This document shows, one piece after another, positions 56,633-64,000 of a stretch of 64,000 nucleotides of DNA (positions are counted from its first letter, which is position 1; every line of letters starts with the position of its first letter). A program made the translations under genes and the position numbers. The notes under the pieces are model-generated. The model was not told the DNA's origin and ran no database searches. It worked only from the letters and a program-made list of their open reading frames with translations. The stretch is from Flavobacteriales bacterium (GTDB taxonomy: Bacteria; Bacteroidota; Bacteroidia; Flavobacteriales_F; PHOS-HE28): contig JAEUTA010000013.1 of NCBI GenBank assembly GCA_016788205.1, forward strand, positions 5,798-69,797, read 5' to 3'.

Positions 56633-58912
56633 ATGACAGAGACTCCCCCCAAGCCACGCCGGAAGAAACGGTGGCTGATCGCTTTGGTCGCCTTCTTGGT
56701 GACCACGTTGTTGGTGGTCGCCCTGCTGCTCCCGTACATCCTGAAGCGCTACATCGAAACGCACAGCGAGGAGTGGATCAACCGGAAGGTCACCATCGAC
56801 CGCATCATCCTCAACCCGTTCACCTTCCGGTATGGGGTCACGGGCGTTACATGCTACGAACCGAAAAGTGAGGACGTATTCGTGTCGTGGAAGAACATCA
56901 GCGTGCGTAGCAACTTGTGGAAGGGGTTCCAGGAGAACAACTGGCGATTCACAGGGCTGCGTATCGAGTCGCCCTATTTCCACATCGTGCAGAACGGTGA
57001 TCGCTTCAACTTCAGCGACCTGCTGGAGCTGGGTGGTGATGACACGACCGCCGTGGATACCAGTGCCGCTGTGCGCTTCAGCATGGAGGACATCCAACTG
57101 AGCGACGGCCGTATCGACTACAAGAGTGATGTGCTCGCTGCGCCGGTGGGCATCAACAACCTCAAGGCCACGAGCAATATCATCTCTTCGGAAAGCGCCC
57201 GCATGGACTTCGGTCTGGGCTTCGACCTGAACGACGGCGGACGCATGGACGGCGGCTTCATGCTGGATACGGACAAGTCGCTCTACGGCATCGATGCACA
57301 CTTGAAGGCCTTCGCGCTGCCGCAGCTATTGCCATACCTCCAGGACTTCTTCAACTGCAAGTCGCTGGAAGGCGCGATGGATCTGGACTTGAATTTACTC
57401 GACAGCTATGCTGACACAACGAGCCTGGCCGTTAGCGCGGGTCTTGATCTGCACGACGTGAAGTTGACCGACCCGAACAACGAGAAGCTCTTCAGTCTGA
57501 AGAAAGCCACCTCACGACTGGATACACTGGTTGCCAAGGAACAACGCGTGGATATGGGTGAAGTCGTGCTCGATGGCGCCGACCTGAAGTTCACGATGCT
57601 GGCCGATGGCACGGACAACTGGACACGCTTGTTGAAACTGGACACCACAGCCGTCGCGGGTGATAGTGCGGCCACACAGCTGCAAGCCAGCGAGAGCAAC
57701 GTGTTCGTTATGCTGGCCGATTACATCAGCTACCTCGGCGAGCAGATCGTGGCCAGCGATTACACGGCGAAGAAACTCGCACTCAACAACAGCGCCGTGC
57801 ATTTCGAGGACAACACGCCAGCACAGCCGTTCCGCTATGCGATCTCCGCGATCAACGTTAGTGCGAACCGGATCACCAGCAGCGACCAAGAGGCCGGTAA
57901 AGTCACGGCAAGTGCGGTGCTGCAGGAGACCGGCAAGCTGAAGGGCGATGCCGTCTTCGACCCGAAGAACATCCGCAACGTTACCGTGGACCTCACGGTG
58001 GATGAACTCGCACTGAACCACCTTGACGCCTACGGCCGCTGGTATGCCGCGCATCCGTTGGAAGATGGCCTGCTGCAGTTCGTGACGAAGACCGTGGTGC
58101 AGGACGGCAAGATCGACTCGGAGAACCACTTTCGCGTGGACAAGCTGAAGGTGGGCAAGAAGGTGGAGGAGCACGATCCGGAGATCTATGTGCTGCCGCT
58201 GCGACTGGCCGCCGGCCTGTTGAAGGATGTGAAAGGCGTGGTGGAGCTGGATGTGCCGGTGAAAGGCGACCTGAAGGATCCCGAATTCAAAGTGTGGCCC
58301 ATCGTGTGGCAGGTGCTGAAGAATCTTATCGTGAAAGCAGCCACTGCGCCGGGACGTTTGCTGGTGCGCGCTTTCGAAGGTGCGGATGAGACGGATCTCG
58401 AGCGCGTGCGTTTCGAGTATCTGCAAGCGGCCCCGGCGAAAGCACAGGAGAAGACGTTGAAACAGCTCGTCTCCGCACTGAAAGCGAAGCCCGAACTCAG
58501 CGTGGATCTCGTTTCCATCGTGGATGCGAAAGCCGAAGCGAAGGAGGTGGCCGTGTTCCACGCAAAGAAGGCCTTCCTGTTCCCTGACAAGTCAACGATC
58601 GATGGCGCCGACAGCACGCGCATCATCGAGTTGAGTGCGCGCGACACGGCGTTCACCGCTTACGTGGATGGACGCACGGCAAGCATGGAAGGCAAGTCAT
58701 TGCACGACCGCTGTCTCTCGCTACTCGGCGCGGCCGAAGCGGATCGCATCGCCGGCGAGATCGAATACGCGCGGCGCGAAAGCACCATGCAGTTCCTGCT
58801 CGCACAAGGCGCAACACCCGCTCGTGTGCGTTATCGCGATGGAACGGCTGAAGAGCTCGCTGGGCAGCGCGGTGTGCCGGGGTTCCGCTTCGTGTATGAT
58901 GTGGGGGAGTGA
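56633..58912 (+). CDS. DUF748 / AsmA-like family protein (N-terminal transmembrane anchor, large periplasmic repetitive beta-rich region).
   Basis: N-terminus KKRWLIALVAFLVTTLLVVALLLPYILKRYIE is typical of the AsmA/DUF748 anchor. 759 aa with dispersed internal repeats. The family call is from memory and moderately certain. Confidence 0.55.
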   Translation: MTETPPKPRRKKRWLIALVAFLVTTLLVVALLLPYILKRYIETHSEEWINRKVTIDRIILNPFTFRYGVTGVTCYEPKSEDVFVSWKNISVRSNLWKGFQENNWRFTGLRIESPYFHIVQNGDRFNFSDLLELGGDDTTAVDTSAAVRFSMEDIQLSDGRIDYKSDVLAAPVGINNLKATSNIISSESARMDFGLGFDLNDGGRMDGGFMLDTDKSLYGIDAHLKAFALPQLLPYLQDFFNCKSLEGAMDLDLNLLDSYADTTSLAVSAGLDLHDVKLTDPNNEKLFSLKKATSRLDTLVAKEQRVDMGEVVLDGADLKFTMLADGTDNWTRLLKLDTTAVAGDSAATQLQASESNVFVMLADYISYLGEQIVASDYTAKKLALNNSAVHFEDNTPAQPFRYAISAINVSANRITSSDQEAGKVTASAVLQETGKLKGDAVFDPKNIRNVTVDLTVDELALNHLDAYGRWYAAHPLEDGLLQFVTKTVVQDGKIDSENHFRVDKLKVGKKVEEHDPEIYVLPLRLAAGLLKDVKGVVELDVPVKGDLKDPEFKVWPIVWQVLKNLIVKAATAPGRLLVRAFEGADETDLERVRFEYLQAAPAKAQEKTLKQLVSALKAKPELSVDLVSIVDAKAEAKEVAVFHAKKAFLFPDKSTIDGADSTRIIELSARDTAFTAYVDGRTASMEGKSLHDRCLSLLGAAEADRIAGEIEYARRESTMQFLLAQGATPARVRYRDGTAEELAGQRGVPGFRFVYDVGE

Positions 58913-58995
58913 GTCGATCCCCGCCGACCAACCGTTTGGAAAGACAACGCCCCGTGATCCAAGACCACAGGGCGTCGCTTTCACCAAACACAAAC

Positions 58996-61377
58996 TTATT
59001 CCACGATCACTTTACGGTGTAGGTTGCCGTGATCTGTCGCTAGCCGGAGCACGAAACCGCCTTTCGCAAGACCGCTCACATCCATGTTGTGTACTGTGCC
59101 GGTCACCAAGGCGCTTTGCACGAGACGGCCATCGGCGGTGAACAATGTCACTTGCGTGTTCGCCATCAGACCAGCGATGGTGAGTTGATCGGTCGCAGGC
59201 ACCGGGAACACCCGGATCGATGACCCATCCAGTTCACCCAGTCCAGTATCGAACAGGTCCACCAACTCGCAGTGGTGCGCCCAGCAGGTATCCTGTTGAA
59301 TGTCGTTCCAATACCAGGCGCTCACGCACACCTCGAACGGCCCAGGAGGTTCGTAGAGTTGCGTCAACGTTTGCCCATAGCCCACAGTGCCGTCGCCGAA
59401 GGTCCAGTTGTAGCCGATGGTGGGCAAGTTGGCCGTGGCGGTGAACGTGGCCGAGATGCTTTGCTCAACCCAGGAGAATTCCACCGCGTAGTTGGGGTCG
59501 CATTCGGGGCCGGCCGTAACAGCAATGGTGGTACAGGTGCTGTCCACGCAATTGCCATGTGTCACCGTGAGGCACACCGTGTAAACCCCCGGCGCGAACA
59601 CATGGTCGGGTTGGGCATTGTCGCTCGTTGTACCATCACCGAAGTCCCAGAGCCAGTAGACTGGAATGTCGATCGGCAGCGTCTCTGAACAGTTGGAGAA
59701 GTAATACGCGCCGTTCTCGAAAGGCAGGGGTTCGAAACAGGCTACGAGTTCATCACACGGATCACCGAAGCCGACATCCACGGTGTAGCACACATCGTCT
59801 TCGCAGCTCACCACCGGTTGCCCCGGGAATGCATAGATGCTCACCACGTGAAGGCAGACTTCATAAACACCCTGCACGGCGTAGTCATGCATGGGGTTGG
59901 GGCCGCTGCCTGTTGTGCCGTCGCCGAAGGTCCAGGAGAACGTGCTCTGCGGCGAGGGTCCGGATGTGGTGCTGATGAATTGAATGGCAAGGCCGTTCGG
60001 CTCGGTGATGAAATCGGCGGTCAATTGATTACAAGGGTCATCCCCGCCGGCGGTGAGGGTGGTGCAGAACTCGTCCGTGCAATCGCCGTGGGTCACGGCG
60101 AGGCAAACGGTGTAGGTGCCCGGCGCGAAGCTGTGGTCGGGCTGGGCCTCGGTGCTCGTCGATCCATCGCCGAAGTTCCACGCGTAGCTGGCCGGAATGG
60201 CGATGGGCAGAAGCTGGGAACAGTTCTCGAACAAGTAGGCTCCGTTCTCGAAGGGAAGGGGTTCGAAGCAAGCCACCAATCCATCGCAAGGATCCTCGTC
60301 AATATCGTCCACCACCACCATGGTGCAGGTGCTATCAACGCAATTGCCGTAGTAGGCGGTGAGGCACACGGCGTAGGTTCCATTCTGCTGGTACACATGG
60401 TCCACATTAGTGCCCGTGCTGGTGCCGCCATCACCGAAGGTCCATTGGTATTGGGAGTTTCCTTGTCCGTTGGTGCAATTGTCGAAAAAGAACGCACCAG
60501 GTTGTGATAAGTCGTTGGTCACGAAGCAGGCCTCGAAGTCCGCACATGGATCATTGCCGACGGTGAGTACCTGACAGGTCTCGTCCATGCATCCGCCAGG
60601 CCAGGTGGTCACCAGGCATACGATGTACACACCGGATTCAGTGAACGTGTGGATGGGCGAGAACTGGGTGGATGTGCTGCCATCCCCGAAGAGCCAAACG
60701 AAGGTGGAGTTGAGCGATGGAGAAGAACAGTTGTTGAAGAAGTAGCCCGAACCGGAAAGCTGCGAAACCTCGAAGCATGCCTCAAGACCATCGCACGGAT
60801 CACCGCCGCTTACCGTGATCATGGCGCAATCCTCCGTCCAGCATGTGTCTTCGGTGGCGGCGTTGTAGTACCAACCTGAAACGCATACGAAGTAGTCGCC
60901 AGCTTCCGCATAAGTATGCTCCACAGCGGGGCCACCGCCCTCGGTTCCATCGGCGAAGTACCAAATGAAATTGGTGCCCGGGAGGTTGGAGGTGGCGTTG
61001 AAGAAGACGTTGCCGTCCGTGCCCGCGTTCCAGGCCATTTCCACATCGAAGCCAGCTTCACAGGGAGCGCCGCCGCCAATAGTGATCGATGTGCAGGTGC
61101 TGTCCGAACAGTTATCCCAATAGGCGGTGAGGCATACCAGGTATACACCCGGGCTACTGTATTGGTGCTCGGCGTGCTCCGATGTCGAGGACGTGCCGTC
61201 ACCAAAGGTCCAAACGTATTGGGTGTTCGCCGGGCCCGATGAGCAATTGTCCAGGAACAGGTTGCCCGAGGGAAGCATGCTCGGGACAAAGCAGAAATTG
61301 AACGGATCGCAGGGGCCGGACTGGGCCGTGGCGAATAGTGAGAACAGGAACGCGGCCGGAGTAAGGATCGAACGCAT
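58996..61377 (-). CDS. T9SS-secreted protein with about 8 tandem PKD domains and a C-terminal T9SS sorting domain.
   Basis: Repeated WxFGDGxTSTxxxPxHxYxxxGxYxVCLxV PKD consensus. The C-terminal VFPVPATDQLTIAGL...GGFVLRLATDHG matches the CTD. Signal peptide MRSILTPAAFLFSLFATAQS. Confidence 0.7.
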   Translation of the reverse strand: MRSILTPAAFLFSLFATAQSGPCDPFNFCFVPSMLPSGNLFLDNCSSGPANTQYVWTFGDGTSSTSEHAEHQYSSPGVYLVCLTAYWDNCSDSTCTSITIGGGAPCEAGFDVEMAWNAGTDGNVFFNATSNLPGTNFIWYFADGTEGGGPAVEHTYAEAGDYFVCVSGWYYNAATEDTCWTEDCAMITVSGGDPCDGLEACFEVSQLSGSGYFFNNCSSPSLNSTFVWLFGDGSTSTQFSPIHTFTESGVYIVCLVTTWPGGCMDETCQVLTVGNDPCADFEACFVTNDLSQPGAFFFDNCTNGQGNSQYQWTFGDGGTSTGTNVDHVYQQNGTYAVCLTAYYGNCVDSTCTMVVVDDIDEDPCDGLVACFEPLPFENGAYLFENCSQLLPIAIPASYAWNFGDGSTSTEAQPDHSFAPGTYTVCLAVTHGDCTDEFCTTLTAGGDDPCNQLTADFITEPNGLAIQFISTTSGPSPQSTFSWTFGDGTTGSGPNPMHDYAVQGVYEVCLHVVSIYAFPGQPVVSCEDDVCYTVDVGFGDPCDELVACFEPLPFENGAYYFSNCSETLPIDIPVYWLWDFGDGTTSDNAQPDHVFAPGVYTVCLTVTHGNCVDSTCTTIAVTAGPECDPNYAVEFSWVEQSISATFTATANLPTIGYNWTFGDGTVGYGQTLTQLYEPPGPFEVCVSAWYWNDIQQDTCWAHHCELVDLFDTGLGELDGSSIRVFPVPATDQLTIAGLMANTQVTLFTADGRLVQSALVTGTVHNMDVSGLAKGGFVLRLATDHGNLHRKVIVE

Positions 61378-61434
61378 GATCGGGCAGTTGATGCCTCTAG
61401 GACGTCCGTTCTACCCCGAACGCCGCCTAGGCGC

Positions 61435-61662
61435 CTAAACCGCCCGTAACCATCGCCCTAGCGCCTTTTGCAGGAAGGGCAGGAGCACGAACACCAGCAG
61501 CGGCACCAGAATACCCGTAACCACGAGGGTCCGAACCAGGAGCGGAAGCTGGATCAACCACGGTCCGGCCAGCCAGGAAAGCAGGGTGATGGAGGGGTAA
61601 ATGGCGATCCAGACCACGATAGCGGTCTTCCAACGAGGCGGATGAACAGCGGACATGACCAC
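61435..61662 (-). CDS. Possible small two-transmembrane-helix membrane protein (75 aa).
   Basis: Two hydrophobic helices (AIVVWIAIYPSITLLSWLAG and LVVTGILVPLLVFVLLPF). No family recognised. It could be spurious. Confidence 0.3.
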   Translation of the reverse strand: MVMSAVHPPRWKTAIVVWIAIYPSITLLSWLAGPWLIQLPLLVRTLVVTGILVPLLVFVLLPFLQKALGRWLRAV

Positions 61663-61730
61663 AAAGGTGGGCCGAGGTTTGGCGGATACCCCCGATCATT
61701 CTACTTTTGCCGTCCCTTAACGGGGTACCT

Positions 61731-61804
61731 TCCCTGGTAGCTCAGCTGGTTAGAGCACATGACTGTTAATCATGGGGTCGCTGGTTCAAGTCCAGCCCGG
61801 GGAG
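61731..61804 (+). tRNA. tRNA-Asn (anticodon GTT).
   Basis: TCCCTGGTAGCTCAGCTGGTTAGAGCACATGACTGTTAATCATGGGGTCGCTGGTTCAAGTCCAGCCCGGGGAG has a 7-bp acceptor stem (one G-T pair), a GTTCAAGTC T-loop and a CT-GTT-AA anticodon loop. No encoded CCA. Confidence 0.85.
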
Positions 61805-61813
61805 CAAAAAAGA

Positions 61814-61841
61814 GAGAGCCGCTGACGCGGCTTTCTTTTTT
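61814..61841 (+). terminator. Intrinsic terminator immediately after tRNA-Asn.
   Basis: GAGAGCCGC-tgac-GCGGCTTTC stem followed by TTTTTT. Confidence 0.5.
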
Positions 61842-61940
61842 ACCGCAGAGGCGCAATGGGCGCAGAGAAGCCGGGTCACTCCCGGCATGCCTGTAACCTG
61901 TTCCTCTGCGAACCTTTGCGAACCCCGCGCCTCTGCGGTA
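61841..61940. promoter_or_regulatory. Nested inverted-repeat structured element in the leader of the PfkB-family kinase gene.
   Basis: Outer arms TACCGCAGAGGCGC (61841-54) and GCGCCTCTGCGGTA (61927-40) are perfect 14-bp inverted repeats 72 nt apart. An inner CGCAGAG/CTCTGCG pair and a CCGGG-tcact-CCCGG hairpin give four copies of the 7-mer CGCAGAG. Confidence 0.35.
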
Positions 61941-61958
61941 AAAAGACCCGAACCTCCC

Positions 61959-62888
61959 ATGCAACTCATCACCGTAGGAACCGTCGCTTTCGACCGCATT
62001 GAAACCCCCTTCGGCGTGGCCGAGAAGACCGTGGGTGGAGCCGCAACCTACATCTCCCTGGCGGCTTCGGTCTTCCTGGAGAAGATGGGTCTGGTGAGCG
62101 TGGTGGGCGATGACTTTCCGGAAGATGTGATGCAGCAGCTCCGCGACCGTGGAGTGAACCTCGATGGGTTGGACATCCTGAAAGGCAAGGAGAGCTTCTT
62201 CTGGGCCGGCCGCTACCACTACGACATGAATAGCCGGGACACGCTGGAGACCCGCCTGAACGTGCTGTTGGAACTGGACCCGAAGCTACCGGCGGAATAC
62301 CGCAAGGCTCCGTACGTGATGCTCGGCAATTTGGATCCCACAGTGCAAGGCAAGGTGTTGGACCAGATGGATCAGCGTCCCGCCCTTGTGGTGATGGACA
62401 CCATGAACTTCTGGATGGACAGCGCGCTGGAGAAACTGAAGGAGGTGATCGCCCGCGTGGACATCCTCACCATCAACGATGCGGAAGCACGCCAATTGAG
62501 CGGCGAGCATAGCCTGGTGAAGGCTGCAACAAAGATCCTCGCCATGGGTCCGAAATACCTGGTGGTGAAGAAGGGCGAACACGGTGCCCTGCTCTTTGGA
62601 CAAGGCCGCGTGTTCTTCGCACCCGCATTGCCGCTGGAAGATGTGATCGATCCGACCGGCGCTGGCGATACGTTCGCTGGAGGCTTCATCGGCTACCTGG
62701 CCCGCACGCAGGACCACAGCTTCGACAATCTGAAGCGCGCCATCATCGTGGGCAGCGCCATGGCCAGCTTCACCTGCGAGAAGTTCGGCATCGAGCGTCT
62801 GTTGGAGGTGAGCCGTGAAGACATCGATGAGCGCATCCAGCAGTTCGTGGAACTGGTGGACTTCGATATCGAGCTGGTGGAGGGCTAA
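61959..62888 (+). CDS. PfkB-family carbohydrate/nucleoside kinase (ribokinase superfamily).
   Basis: The C-terminal PfkB signature DPTGAGDTFAGGF is present and the N-terminal GG dipeptide region is conserved. The start was trimmed to MQLITVGTVAFDRI. Confidence 0.75.
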   Translation: MQLITVGTVAFDRIETPFGVAEKTVGGAATYISLAASVFLEKMGLVSVVGDDFPEDVMQQLRDRGVNLDGLDILKGKESFFWAGRYHYDMNSRDTLETRLNVLLELDPKLPAEYRKAPYVMLGNLDPTVQGKVLDQMDQRPALVVMDTMNFWMDSALEKLKEVIARVDILTINDAEARQLSGEHSLVKAATKILAMGPKYLVVKKGEHGALLFGQGRVFFAPALPLEDVIDPTGAGDTFAGGFIGYLARTQDHSFDNLKRAIIVGSAMASFTCEKFGIERLLEVSREDIDERIQQFVELVDFDIELVEG

Positions 62889-63637
62889 GCCATCCGCTTC
62901 GCCACCTCGTCCCAGTTCACCACCTGCCACCAGTTGGCTATGTACTCGTTGCGCTTGTTCTGGTACTTGAGGTAGTAGGCGTGCTCCCACACATCGAGAG
63001 CAAGCAGCGGTTTCCCCTTCAGTTCGCTCACGTCCATCAACGGACAATCCTGGTTGGGGGTGGAACCGATAACAAGCTGGCCGTTGCGTTCCACCAGCCA
63101 CGCCCAGCCACTGCCGAAACGTTTCATGCCCGCATCGGTGAAGGCTTCCTTGAACTTGTCGAAGGAGCCGAAGCTCGCGTTCAACGCATCGAGCACTTTT
63201 CCGCCTGGCGCTCCGAGCGGAGTGGAGGGACCAGGGCCCATCACCTGCCAGAAGAAGTTATGGTTCCACACACCGCCTGCGTTGTTGCGCACCTTGGCGC
63301 TGAACGACCCGATACGAGCAAGCAGGTCTGCCTCATCCTTGGCAACGACACGTTCTGCAGCGATGGCCTCGTTCACGTTCTTCACATAAGCCGCGTGGTG
63401 CTTGGTGTAGTGGATCTCCATGGTCTGCGCATCGATGGAGGGCTCCAGTGCCGTGTACGCGTAGGGCAGGGCGATCTGTGCCAGCTGCAAGGCGGGTGCT
63501 GACGGGGTTGTTTCGCCAGTAGGATCGTTGGCCTCTGGTGCGGAGTTGCACGAAGCGGCACTGGCCAATGCAGGACCAGCAACGATGGCACCGAGTGACA
63601 CTTTCAGCGAGCGGGAAAGGAATTGTTTGCGGTCCAT
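62885..63637 (-). CDS. sodA: Fe/Mn superoxide dismutase with an N-terminal export signal (lipoprotein/Tat-like).
   Basis: HYTKHHAAYVKNVN and the C-terminal DVWEHAYYLKYQNKR are diagnostic of Fe/Mn-SOD. The N-terminus MDRKQFLSRSLKVSLGAIVAGPALASAASC suggests export. The start was trimmed from track 63700. Confidence 0.85.
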   Translation of the reverse strand: MDRKQFLSRSLKVSLGAIVAGPALASAASCNSAPEANDPTGETTPSAPALQLAQIALPYAYTALEPSIDAQTMEIHYTKHHAAYVKNVNEAIAAERVVAKDEADLLARIGSFSAKVRNNAGGVWNHNFFWQVMGPGPSTPLGAPGGKVLDALNASFGSFDKFKEAFTDAGMKRFGSGWAWLVERNGQLVIGSTPNQDCPLMDVSELKGKPLLALDVWEHAYYLKYQNKRNEYIANWWQVVNWDEVAKRMA

Positions 63638-63782
63638 GGTGCCAAGGTAACGAGAGGCGAAGGGGGATGGAACGCAGATGACGCGGATATGGCTGATCAA
63701 CGCAGATAAGGCCGGAGCAGCATTAGCTAAGATCAGCGCCTATCTGTTCGATCAGCGGCATCAGCGTTCCATACATCTCGGT

Positions 63783-64000
63783 CTAGCCGAAACTCACCAG
63801 CAACTGGCTTTTCTCAACGGCCTTGCCTTTTTCGGCGTGGATGGCGCTCACCGTAGCATCGCCGGGGGCCTTGATCAGGTTCTCCATCTTCATGGCTTCC
63901 AGCACGAGGATGGGATCGTTCTTCTTCACCACATCGCCGGGCTTCACCAGGATGTTGAGCACCATGCCGGGCATCGGCGCCTTGATCTCCTTCACCTTGG
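63783..64000 (-). CDS. Biotin-carboxyl-carrier / biotinyl-domain protein, C-terminal part. The gene continues beyond the window end.
   Basis: MKEIKAPMPGMVLNILVKPGDVVKKNDPILVLEAMKMENLIKAPGDATV carries the biotinyl-lysine motif EAMKM. Confidence 0.6.
   Translation of the reverse strand, partial: KVKEIKAPMPGMVLNILVKPGDVVKKNDPILVLEAMKMENLIKAPGDATVSAIHAEKGKAVEKSQLLVSFG

Noticed and set aside
57512-58561. 349-aa minus-strand ORF inside the DUF748/AsmA-like gene
   Set aside because: Antisense shadow ORF with no motifs.
58996-61377. Repetitive DNA that could be mistaken for a CRISPR-like array
   Set aside because: The repeats are 250-300 bp protein-coding PKD domain units in frame, not short direct repeats with unique spacers. 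No cas genes are present.
62286-63101. 271-aa minus-strand ORF spanning the pfkB 3' half and the sod 3' end
   Set aside because: It conflicts with two genes that carry diagnostic signatures (DPTGAGDTFAGGF and DVWEHAYY).
63594-63637. Twin-arginine (Tat) signal on the superoxide dismutase
   Set aside because: The N-terminus has RK (DRKQFLSR), not a clean RR motif. Export is likely, but the Tat assignment is unsupported and is noted only as lipoprotein/secretory-like.

Overview
This window is 64 kb of high-GC (about 62%) chromosomal DNA that looks like Bacteroidota. The phylum call is an inference from five secreted proteins with type IX secretion (T9SS) C-terminal sorting domains, a TatA typical of the phylum, a LytTR response regulator, a DUF4154/YfiR-like protein and many predicted secreted peptidases. 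Gene density is high and most genes are housekeeping: tatA, gatA, mltD-like, ptrB, recO, folB, gltX, ybeY, mnmG, rpiB, rnr, prs-rplY-pth, ferritin, a superoxide dismutase, a PfkB-family kinase, and tRNA-Cys and tRNA-Asn. I recognised no integrase, transposase, CRISPR array, restriction-modification system or rRNA, so this looks like core chromosome with accessory-like signalling islands rather than a mobile element. Six things stand out as not explained by the annotation. (1) A YfiR-like (DUF4154) gene, a periplasmic helical protein gene and a two-transmembrane-helix sensor whose output is a PP2C phosphatase form a tight operon. (2) An ECF sigma factor gene overlaps translationally with a membrane protein that fuses a short anti-sigma-like N-terminus, a long Pro/Ala-rich linker and an outer-membrane beta-barrel-like C-terminal domain, directly upstream of a T9SS cargo gene. 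(3) A 21-bp palindromic element, TGATCGTTCCACGTGGAACAT, occurs three times within 2 kb around and inside mnmG, always in the same reading frame. (4) Two short ssb paralogues without the acidic tail share an upstream bipartite motif. (5) A MORN-repeat protein, a cytoplasmic multi-PAS HisKA_2 kinase, a LytTR regulator and a small unknown protein sit in one cluster. (6) A DUF4175-like 1140-aa coiled-coil membrane protein is apparently co-operonic with an RsbW-like ATPase and ybeY. Many long ORFs in the track are antisense or N-terminal-extension artefacts typical of high-GC DNA, and I have trimmed or rejected them. Coordinates that I read directly from the nucleotide lines, rather than computed from the ORF track, may be off by 1-2 nt.
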